Positions 9,652 through 17,893 of a stretch of DNA of 32,000 nt are shown piece by piece (positions within the stretch are counted from its first letter, which is position 1; every line of letters starts with the position of its first letter). The DNA lies in contig CAZYLT010000001.1 of the NCBI GenBank assembly GCA_964648855.1, positions 120,001-152,000 on the forward strand, read 5' to 3'. The position numbers were made by a program, and so were the translations under genes. This DNA comes from an uncultured archaeon. GTDB lineage: Archaea; Asgardarchaeota; Thorarchaeia; Thorarchaeales; Thorarchaeaceae. The notes under the pieces were generated by a model. That model saw only the letters and a program-made list of their open reading frames with translations, made no database searches and was not told the origin of the DNA.

Positions 9652-10464
9652 CTGGTAGTCGATACTCAAAACGAAAGCCCTAGGCACAGAATCCAACTGA
9701 AGAAGGTGGGGGTCAAGAACCTAAAGACCTTCTTAATCACCGAGAGAAGTGGATTAAGGCACCACATTATCCCCACAGTGGAGATGACCATTGATTTGCC
9801 AGCAGATTTGAAGGGAATTCACATGTCAAGATTGGTTGAGTCGATGACTGAGATCATAAGCGACCAATTCAGTGTCCACGAATCGATTGAGGAACTGCAG
9901 ATTAAGATTCTGGAGGCGCTTCAGGAGCGGCACGGTTTTACCAGAGGTGAAATCATATTCGACTTTGAATTCGGATACTCAAGTAAGACTCCCGTTTCCA
10001 AGAAAAGAACTTGGGAGGTCTGCGACATCACTGCATCGACAGTAAAGGAAGCTGGAAAGCAAGCCATTCATGATGTATCTGTGAAAGTTATCGGAAATAC
10101 GGTATGTCCACATTGTATGGCGAATAATGGTGGAATGACTCACATGCAGCGTGCATCAGGCACGATACGGGTTGTAGGAACAACCGAAGACGTTCCTACC
10201 TATGGTTCAATGATTGAGGTTGTTGAGAATTCGTTTTCAAGCAAGACCTACTCCCTGCTTAAATTAGAAGATGAGATGCACGTGACAAAGAGAATGCATG
10301 ATAACCCTCTTTTCGTTGAAGACGTCTGCAGAAATATCCTTCAGAATGCCAGAGAGGCTTTCAGTGACCGATCACTAGAAATGTACGCCGAAGCACGCTC
10401 ACTTGAGAGTATCCACAAGCATGACGTCATCGCACAAGGAAGAATTGTAACAAACGGCGGATAA
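9652..10464 (+). CDS. mptA: GTP cyclohydrolase, FolE2/MptA family (probable CTG start)
   Basis: DTQNESP..IQLKKVGV, KGIHMSRL, TVCP, HMQR, LLKLEDE, NPLFVED, ESIHKHD. The conserved N-terminus lies upstream of the first GTG (9706). Confidence 0.88.
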   Translation: MVVDTQNESPRHRIQLKKVGVKNLKTFLITERSGLRHHIIPTVEMTIDLPADLKGIHMSRLVESMTEIISDQFSVHESIEELQIKILEALQERHGFTRGEIIFDFEFGYSSKTPVSKKRTWEVCDITASTVKEAGKQAIHDVSVKVIGNTVCPHCMANNGGMTHMQRASGTIRVVGTTEDVPTYGSMIEVVENSFSSKTYSLLKLEDEMHVTKRMHDNPLFVEDVCRNILQNAREAFSDRSLEMYAEARSLESIHKHDVIAQGRIVTNGG

Positions 10465-10578
10465 CTCTTCGATTTTTTGAATCGCTACATGCTGGATATT
10501 ATTTAAAGGACTTTTTATCATTGTTATTCTGTTAATGCCAGCTAGACCATAATATTACAGAAGAAGAGGACAATCCAG

Positions 10579-11569
10579 ATGAAAAAAAGAGAATGTATTC
10601 ATTATATTTATCGCAGTTGTTCTAATCTCAAGTGCTTCTCTCTATCAGGAATTTATCAGGCAAGACTCTAATTTGCAGACCGATAATCGAAATCAAATTG
10701 GCGAAGGCCCCATTGAAAGAAATTACAGTTCAGCATCTCATTTTGGAACAAAGGCAGGAATTTTGGACCCGCTCATAGTGGAATACTCTGGATGGCAAGC
10801 ATCGGGCATTCTAGATGCAAGAACAGACACAGGCACAAATCTTGTCTATGACCTTCCTCTTGATGCGACACATGATTGGGTAGGAAGCAAGGTGGAGGTA
10901 GATGTGTGGAATCTTTCACGTTACTATGTCGTGAATGGAACTCTTAATGAGGGGATCGAAGGAACTAGTGTTAACCCCAGCGGCAACGTAAGTTACTATC
11001 CATATGGTTGGGATTCTTCTTCTTACTCCCCCGATGATGATCAGACACAAAGACCCGCCTATATTGGAAGTGGAAGAAAATACGTAATTGTGGAGAATGA
11101 AGGAGCTTACAACGAACCAACATATCAGAAGGAGTATTTGCATTATGCCGGAACCAATGTGACATGGAAACAGAATATTAGCCGAGTACCGTATGCAGAA
11201 GATTTCCATCTCTCATTCGATTTTCAGTATTTTCGAGGACCCATAGGAGAAAATGTAACGGGTAATTGCTCTATATTCGTTGCTATTAATGGCACGGAGG
11301 TCTGGAATCCAAGCCTAGTAATATTACAGGAAAGGGGTCTATGGAACTCATTCAAAGATATCCCCATCAAAGTCGTTAAACCTGGGGATACCTTTGAATT
11401 TGCCATAGGTCTAAGCATTGATGAGAATCTTGTTCTTGATCCAGGCATCGATGGAAGCCTTGAAAATACAGCTTATATCACTGTGTTTTTAGATGATGTC
11501 ATTTTTGAGGGGAAAAAAGCACCATGGCTTGAACAAGTTAGAATGTCGCTATCGGTTGGTGATGGATGA
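10579..11569 (+). pseudogene. Frameshifted, probably truncated secreted/surface protein
   Basis: ATG 10579 is followed by A7. A +1 shift gives MKKENVFIIFIAVVLISSAS (signal peptide) continuous with the 10673 ORF. The sequence is beta-rich and extracellular-like, and ends abruptly. Confidence 0.6.
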
Positions 11570-11917
11570 TGGCATTCTTGAAGCGGAGGTCTACTATAGA
11601 ATTCTTGAGTTGGTGAAAGACGAACTTTTACTATCCGAAAGCTCACGTGGAGAAACCACTCATTTCAATGATGTTGGCTAGATAGTATATTTGGCAGCAG
11701 CCTCTGTCCCCTCCGGTTCTTGTGGAACCCGAGTACGATGTGTGCAAGCGTAGTCAAAATTGCGTTCTGGTAGGCGATTTACGCATACATTTTGATGTAT
11801 ACCCAGGTATTATCCAGATATCACGCCAATAGGCCGTAGATTTGACGTAACCTTTTATGCATTCCAGTAGAAATAAGGGTGAGTTGTACCACGGAATACA
11901 AACATGGAGATGCGAAG

Positions 11918-12070
11918 ATGACCGACACTAAATCCAACAACCCTCGACCAAGCTCAACCCTTCAGAAGAATGCAGAAGTTCTCCACGTCCTTTATGGCCT
12001 GCTTGATAGTGATCGCGAACCAACAGATGCAGATGCCCAGAGCCTGCGCGTTCTCTACGCTAGCTCCTAA
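11918..12070 (+). CDS. Small 50-aa protein of unknown function with an internal repeat
   Basis: GGAG shortly before ATG 11918, TATA-like TTTTAT near 11853, hairpins and T-tracts downstream. Repeat AEVLHVLYG / AQSLRVLYA. Confidence 0.7.
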   Translation: MTDTKSNNPRPSSTLQKNAEVLHVLYGLLDSDREPTDADAQSLRVLYASS

Positions 12071-12140
12071 TTTCATGCTCCTCATATCACTATGAGGTCT
12101 TTTCGCGGCTCCGTGTGCACCTCCCGGCAACCGAACCGCA

Positions 12141-12212
12141 GTGGGGGCGTCCTTTTTGCCCCCACAAATCTTCCTGTTTTTGATTCTCGTTTCGTATTCA
12201 ATTCTCCTTTTT
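12141..12212 (+). terminator. GC-rich hairpin followed by T-rich tracts downstream of the small gene
   Basis: GTGGGGGC-GTCCTTTTT-GCCCCCAC (8-bp stem), then GTTTTTG and CCTTTTTC. Confidence 0.5.
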
Positions 12213-12304
12213 CAAAAACGGATTGGCGCAATTCATTAGAACACGTGTTCTAAATTACTAGTCAAGCAGGAAAAAAACAGAGCACCTTAATTTCAGACCG
12301 CAAA

Positions 12305-12530
12305 TTATGATTCCAGCTTCTCTAAAGCATTAAGAGCCGCCTTTGCTTGATTTTGACCAGCTTGCTTGTATAAGCCTCTCATGTAGTCCAGACTCCATCC
12401 CTCAGTCAAGTCGAGATATGGCTGTAGCAAAACCCCGATAAGAATAGACTTCTGATGTGCTAGACTGAATAAGGCCGCAGTTTCTCCGTTCTCGATAGAC
12501 AGCAGCCTTTCCTTCTAAAGTGCTCAACAC
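12305..12530 (-). pseudogene. C-terminal remnant of a nucleoside phosphorylase (PNP/UDP family)-like gene
   Basis: Manual translation gives VEHFRRKG (frameshift) LLSIENGETAALFSLAHQKSILIGVLLQPYLDLTEGWSLDYMRGLYKQAGQNQAKAALNALEKLES*, which resembles the G-v-l-a-v-E-M-E-t-a-a-l-f motif. Not in the ORF track. Confidence 0.5.
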
Positions 12531-12800
12531 ATCCTTCGATACTCTCTATCCCCGTTCTCCATCACCCGTCTATGCAATTCTTCATCGTTAGCTCCCAATA
12601 GCGTTACAGTTATATTCTGATAACCCGAACGTGCCTCTAACATTCCAAGGCGGGAAAACAAGCTTCACGAACCATATCTCAACACCAAGCAGATTAGTCA
12701 AATACCTAAAGAGATACCGCCATCTCAGGTACCTAACAGATTTTACAGAATCATTCTGCAGTGGTCAGTAGGCTAGTTTTCATCATGGAATGTCAGGAGC

Positions 12801-14849
12801 GTGAAAATACTGAGCAATTATCCGAGCGAAGAACCTGTTTTAGTAACTTGTGGCCTCCCCTATGCCAGTGGAGAGATGCATATAGGCCATTTGAGAACTT
12901 ATGTCCCAGCAGATGTGTTTGTTAGGCTCCTGAAAAAGATGGGGACCGAAGTGCGGTTTGTTTGTGGTTCAGACACACACGGGACTCCTGTTCTCACCAC
13001 AGCCGAGAAGGAGGGCATAACTCCAAAGGAACTGTACCAGAAATATCATCAGCACTATCTCAGAACCTTTCCAAAGCTGCACATAGACTTTGATAATTAC
13101 GGAACAACTGATGACCCAGAAAATATTCATCGAACACTCCAAATAGTTGAAAAAATCCAAGAGAAGGGTTACATCTATCCCAGAGAATTGGAAAGCCCAT
13201 ACTGCCCCAACTGTGGGCGTTCATTGCCCGACCGTTTTGTTAGAGGAGAGTGTCCGTACTGCCATGCCGATGCTCGAGGAGATGAATGTGATCAAGGCTG
13301 CGGAAGATATCTTGAGCCGGGGGAGATTCTCAATCCTAGATGTGCCATATGTGGTTCACCTACGAAGAAGGTTGAAAGGACTCATTATTACTTCGAACTC
13401 ACCGCATTCGAGGACTTCCTTAGAGAATTCTTGGAAAACGTTGAAGGAACTAAGAACGCAAAGAACTATGCATTAGGCTGGGTAAACGAGGGGCTAAAGG
13501 ACTGGTGTATCACTAGAGACCTCGACTGGGGCATCCCGTTTCTTGGAGACGAATCATTAACATTGTACGTCTGGGTCGATGCACCGATTCACTACATGTC
13601 AAGCACAGAACAGTGGGCAAAAAAGATTGGTGAACCTGACAAATGGAAAGAATTCTGGCTTCCAGGTAATGCAAAGCTGGTCCATTATATCGGCCAAGAT
13701 ATTGTCTATCATCATTGCATATTCTGGCCATCAATGCTGAAAGCAAGTGAATACAATTTGCCCTTCGCCATCGTTGCCTCAGGAATGGTCAAAATAGAGG
13801 GGCATAATTTCAGTAGAAGTCGGGGCTACGTAGTATGGATACAAGAAGACTACCTAGACAAGGGGCTTGACCCAGACTATCTGCGTTACTATATGGTAGC
13901 GGCAACTTCGCAAACCAAGGACCTCGATTTCAGCTGGGAAACGTTCAGAGATAAAGTGAACAATGAGCTTGTGGCGACCTTTGGCAATTTCATCTATCGT
14001 GCGCTCCATTTCACGAATAGTAACTTCGGAGAAATTCCAGAAGGGCATCTTGATGACACGCTCAAAATCCAAATCGAGCAATCTGTCGATACAATAACGA
14101 AGGCTGTAAATCAGTATGAACTGAAGAAGGTATCAGACGAAATACTGCGCTTAGCCGCAGTAGGAAATGAATACTTCCAAGCAAAGAAACCATGGGAGCT
14201 CGTTAGGAACAATAAGGAAAAAGCGGCGGATGTTCTCTATAATGCTGTTGCTCTAGTCAAAGCACTTGCAATAACAATTGAGCCAATCATGCCTGGCACA
14301 GCAGAGATGATTTGGCGACAACTGGGAAATCAAGGTGACGGAATCCATCGAGTTCCACTTAATGAGGCTCTGACGCCACCAAAGATCGGAACCAAGCTTC
14401 CAAAACCAAAACCAGTAATATCTAAGGTCGAAGATGACCTTCTTGAAGAACTCGAGAGATCATTTCAGAAGAGAATTAAGAGAGCCAAACAAGCAGAGAG
14501 CGGAGAAACCATGATAAAAGACACAGTTGAATTTGAGGACTTCAAGAAGCTTGACTTCCGGGCCGGGAAGATACTGAAATGCGAACGTGTCCTCGACACC
14601 GATAAGCTTCTAGAGATGGAAGTAGACATTGGCGTAGAGAAGAGAAAAATCGTTACTGGACTTGCAGACCAATATGAGCCTCAGGACCTTGAAGGAATTA
14701 CGGCCCTGTTCCTGGTAAATCTTGAACCCAAGAAGATTGCAGGAATTCAAAGTAACGGCATGATTATCGCGGTCGAGAAAAAGGATGAGCCAGGTCAATG
14801 GGTTCCTGTCAAGCTTGAGGGAGTGCCTCCTGGTAGCAAAGCAGCCTAG
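12801..14849 (+). CDS. metG: Methionine--tRNA ligase with C-terminal tRNA-binding (Trbp111-like) domain
   Basis: LPYASGEMHIGH, CGSDTHG, four Cys pairs (Zn knuckles), LYVWVDAP, NFSRSRG at the KMSKS position, C-terminal OB fold (FEDFKKLDFRAG...NLEPKKIAGIQSNGMI). Confidence 0.98.
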   Translation: MKILSNYPSEEPVLVTCGLPYASGEMHIGHLRTYVPADVFVRLLKKMGTEVRFVCGSDTHGTPVLTTAEKEGITPKELYQKYHQHYLRTFPKLHIDFDNYGTTDDPENIHRTLQIVEKIQEKGYIYPRELESPYCPNCGRSLPDRFVRGECPYCHADARGDECDQGCGRYLEPGEILNPRCAICGSPTKKVERTHYYFELTAFEDFLREFLENVEGTKNAKNYALGWVNEGLKDWCITRDLDWGIPFLGDESLTLYVWVDAPIHYMSSTEQWAKKIGEPDKWKEFWLPGNAKLVHYIGQDIVYHHCIFWPSMLKASEYNLPFAIVASGMVKIEGHNFSRSRGYVVWIQEDYLDKGLDPDYLRYYMVAATSQTKDLDFSWETFRDKVNNELVATFGNFIYRALHFTNSNFGEIPEGHLDDTLKIQIEQSVDTITKAVNQYELKKVSDEILRLAAVGNEYFQAKKPWELVRNNKEKAADVLYNAVALVKALAITIEPIMPGTAEMIWRQLGNQGDGIHRVPLNEALTPPKIGTKLPKPKPVISKVEDDLLEELERSFQKRIKRAKQAESGETMIKDTVEFEDFKKLDFRAGKILKCERVLDTDKLLEMEVDIGVEKRKIVTGLADQYEPQDLEGITALFLVNLEPKKIAGIQSNGMIIAVEKKDEPGQWVPVKLEGVPPGSKAA

Positions 14850-14972
14850 GATTGAACAGAAATCTAGTTCCATTCCTTTATTTGATTTGGTAGGCAGAGG
14901 GTGAAGTGTTTGAATTGTGTGGGTTCATTTGAAATAGTGTTTCGTACACAAACAACTTGAGTGTGCTGCCAT

Positions 14973-15338
14973 ATGGATTCCAAATACCAAGTATTTCTAC
15001 GGCATGCTGAAACCCAAATTGATAACAATAGACCAGCCACAGAATGGATTTTGACTCAGTCAGGAAAAAGCAATGCGAAGAGATTGTCTGCATCAAAAGA
15101 ATTTCCTACATACCATGAGGTGTATTCATCAATGGAACCCAAGGCTATAGCATCAGCAAAACCATTCTCTGAGAGAATCAATACTGAGGTTAGGGCAGTC
15201 ACAGGGCTACGAGAGCTTGACAGGTCTACCCCCTATGCTGAGAGTAGAGCTAAGTACAATCAAATGGTGAGAGAGGCTCTGGAAACCGATGCTTTATTTT
15301 CTCTGCAAATATATGGTCTACGGAGCATCAACCGTTGA
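14973..15338 (+). pseudogene. Histidine phosphatase family protein, C-terminally truncated
   Basis: FLRHAET, W-LTQSG, VYSSMEPKA, GLRE are present. The second catalytic His segment (vsHG) is absent and the product is only about 121 aa. Confidence 0.6.
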
Positions 15339-15973
15339 AATACAAGAATCGGCGACATGGGGGCAAGGTTCTAGCTGATAGGCTCTCAGACATAGACTTT
15401 GAAACCAAGCCAGTTGTCATAGCAATACCTAACGGAGGTATACCAGTTGGTGTCGAAATTGCAGAGAGAATCAATGCGGATTTTGATGCAATAATAGTGC
15501 GCAAACTGCAAATACCTAGGAACCCCGAAGCAGGATTTGGCTCTATCACATCGTATGGATCGGTAGAGTTCAATCAAACTTTACTCAGGCGGTTGAACTT
15601 GGGGCAGAACCAAATAGAGGCTGTAATTGATAAGACACGAAATCAAATTGAGTCGCGAAAAGAGGAATATGAAGGACTTGTAGGTGTTATTAGGCCAGAG
15701 GGGAGAGATACCATCATTGTGGACGATGGAATAGCTTCAGGCTATACCATGCTAGCTGCAATACATTCTATTCAGCCAATGGCTCCAAGAAGTCTGATTG
15801 TGGCCGCACCTACAGCGTCAGCCAAAGCAGCGAGTCTGGTCAGGGAAGAGGTAGATCGATTAGTATGCCCCAATATCGAATCAGGTTTTGTTTTTGCAGT
15901 GGCAAACGCTTACGAAAATTGGTATGATGTTCCAGATACTGAGGCCAAGGCGTTATTGAGAAAGTTCAGGTAA
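15335..15973 (+). CDS. Type I phosphoribosyltransferase family protein
   Basis: YKNRRHGG, AIPNGGIPVG, VRKL..P.NPE.GFG, PRPP-binding IIVDDGIASG. Confidence 0.92.
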   Translation: MKYKNRRHGGKVLADRLSDIDFETKPVVIAIPNGGIPVGVEIAERINADFDAIIVRKLQIPRNPEAGFGSITSYGSVEFNQTLLRRLNLGQNQIEAVIDKTRNQIESRKEEYEGLVGVIRPEGRDTIIVDDGIASGYTMLAAIHSIQPMAPRSLIVAAPTASAKAASLVREEVDRLVCPNIESGFVFAVANAYENWYDVPDTEAKALLRKFR

Positions 15974-16025
15974 GTAGCCAAAACTGTCCGTAGACTGATA
16001 TAGTGGATATATCACTTAGGACATC

Positions 16026-17234
16026 ATGCCCCTGACCGTTGTTCCAGTGTTCTCCTCATTGACCAGTTTGGATATCAAAAGCAGTCTATTGGATGGAATC
16101 ACAGAAACAGGTGCTAAAATTCTGGAAACTCACGAGCCTTACCCGAAAACCCACCAAGACATTCCAATCCATATTTTTGTAGGATCCGGAGGCACTGAAA
16201 GCACAATAGCACAATATGTTTCAAAACAAAAAGACATCACTTCAGTGGTACTCATTTCACATGACTCCAATAATTCTCTACCAGCGGCATTAGAAACAAA
16301 AACTTGGTTGCAGAGAAACAATATCGAATGCAAAATCGTCCATGATACATTCCAAGGAATTCTTGAGAAACTTGAGAAATGGAATCAGTTTACCGATGTT
16401 ATGGATTCAGTTTCAAAAATGACAATAGGTCAACTTGGAGCCCCATCAGACTGGCTGATTGGATCAGAAGTAAATCTGGACTTGGCAAAACAAAACTGGG
16501 GAATAGAGATTGTACGCGAAACGTTACATGATGTATTCTCAGAAAAGGGACCATCGCAGGATGAGCTGCAAACGCAAGTTTTCATGGAGGAAGCCAAGTC
16601 CATGAGTGTATCCAAGGCCAGCATCAAAAAAGCCGTCAATCTAGCGGAGCAAATGAAAAGCGCCGTCATATCAAAATATGATGCGGTTACGGTTCGTTGC
16701 TTCGATATTGTAGTAGACTCAGGCGTAACTGGATGCTACGCCCTCTCATTACTAAACGATCAGAGCATTACGGCTGGGTGTGAAGGGGATATTCCATCTG
16801 TGTTCACTATGCTCTTAATTCGCGAGATACTTAATCAGACATCATTTATGGGAAATGTTGTGACCGTTGATGAGCATGCAAATACTATTGGACTCGCCCA
16901 TTGCACTGTACCTTTATCTATGACCTCTGATTATGAGATTACTAATCACTATGAAACTGGCAAGAGCGTTTCGATGAGAGGGGATTTCAAAAAGCAAGAG
17001 GTTACAGTCTTCAAGATAGGGGGCGAATCTCTGAAGAAATTCTGGGTTTCTAGTGGTGAGATAGTCGCTACGCGGAGGAATGAAGCGGCATGTAGGACAC
17101 AGGTAAAAATACGTCTAGATCAACCCGTTGACTACTTTCTAGAACAGCCCCTTGGTAATCATCACATTATGACATTGGGCAATCACGAGGAATTGCTCAG
17201 TTCGTTCATGTCTTTCGCTACTCGTGAATACTGA
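16026..17234 (+). CDS. L-fucose/L-arabinose isomerase-like protein
   Basis: SGGTE, NSLPAALE, PSDWLI, VRCFD, GCEGD, AHCTVP, HYET, CRTQ, PLGNHH. Confidence 0.8.
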   Translation: MPLTVVPVFSSLTSLDIKSSLLDGITETGAKILETHEPYPKTHQDIPIHIFVGSGGTESTIAQYVSKQKDITSVVLISHDSNNSLPAALETKTWLQRNNIECKIVHDTFQGILEKLEKWNQFTDVMDSVSKMTIGQLGAPSDWLIGSEVNLDLAKQNWGIEIVRETLHDVFSEKGPSQDELQTQVFMEEAKSMSVSKASIKKAVNLAEQMKSAVISKYDAVTVRCFDIVVDSGVTGCYALSLLNDQSITAGCEGDIPSVFTMLLIREILNQTSFMGNVVTVDEHANTIGLAHCTVPLSMTSDYEITNHYETGKSVSMRGDFKKQEVTVFKIGGESLKKFWVSSGEIVATRRNEAACRTQVKIRLDQPVDYFLEQPLGNHHIMTLGNHEELLSSFMSFATREY

Positions 17235-17251
17235 TTTCCTTCTTTGAAGAC

Positions 17252-17704
17252 CTATGTAGTTACTGACAGTTCATTTGGAAGCTCCTCATCGCGGATTGGC
17301 AGAACTTCCAACTGCGTCATAACATTCTCATATTTTTCCATGAACGCATCTTCTAGCGATTCAACAGGTTTACCTGCGAATCCCCGACCTAACAGTTCCA
17401 TTAATTTCTTGAGCTCTATTGCGCCGAAGTTTGCATCGATGACGTTATGCTCAGATAATATCTCTAGATGTTCCATCTCACCGCTATTGTCGTCAGGAAC
17501 GGGGAGCTCATGTGCAGCTCTCAATTTGTCGGAAACAAAGAAACGCAGCAACGCAGATACCAGTGCATCGTAAAAGGCAGCGATAGCATCAGCATTCTCG
17601 CCTCTTTGTTGCCTAATGCGCCCACCACGGATATGGAGTTTTGCTCTCAACAGGAGCTCTTCCTCTTCAGGAATGTCTGATGGGATTAGGTTGGCATGAG
17701 GCAT
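17252..17704 (-). CDS. Hypothetical alpha-helical protein (weakly HEPN-like N-terminus)
   Basis: 150-aa ORF with normal composition: LLRAKLHIRGGRIR...DAIAAFYDAL. Confidence 0.65.
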   Translation of the reverse strand: MPHANLIPSDIPEEEELLLRAKLHIRGGRIRQQRGENADAIAAFYDALVSALLRFFVSDKLRAAHELPVPDDNSGEMEHLEILSEHNVIDANFGAIELKKLMELLGRGFAGKPVESLEDAFMEKYENVMTQLEVLPIRDEELPNELSVTT

Positions 17705-17893
17705 GGGTATCGCTTAATTATGTCTTCAGGGCGCCTAAAGTTTTCCGCTAATTGCAATGGAAATCTTTTCCTCATTTTTGGAGCCATTGTACGTGTTTGC
17801 CAACTCCTTTCCAGTTCAGTATATGCCGACAACTTCATGTATAAAATGCTCAAAGGCATCAGGATAGATAATATAGAAAGGAGAATTCGACCA

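Noticed and set aside
2960-10464. Methyltransferase plus queD/mptA as a 7-deazaguanine DNA modification (dpd) system
   Set aside because: No dpdA/tgt, queC or queE. The genes are separated by housekeeping rps17e and lig.
11493-11681. 62-aa ORF as a frameshifted continuation of the surface protein
   Set aside because: No recognisable motif or matching composition, so it cannot be supported.
12305-12643. Minus-strand frame from ATG 12643 running through C-TGA-A-L-TAG into the phosphorylase-like fragment, suggesting selenocysteine plus pyrrolysine read-through
   Set aside because: A single frameshift gives a better family-like sequence (VEHFRRKG). No SECIS-like element is evident, and many intact genes here end in TAG.
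17252-17704. HEPN toxin of a toxin-antitoxin pair
   Set aside because: No C-terminal RxxxxH motif and no adjacent nucleotidyltransferase.
17696-17893. N-terminal extension of the S8 ORF in the ORF track
   Set aside because: It overlaps the divergent gene and promoter space. ATG 17894 has AGGAG upstream and precedes the anchor helix.
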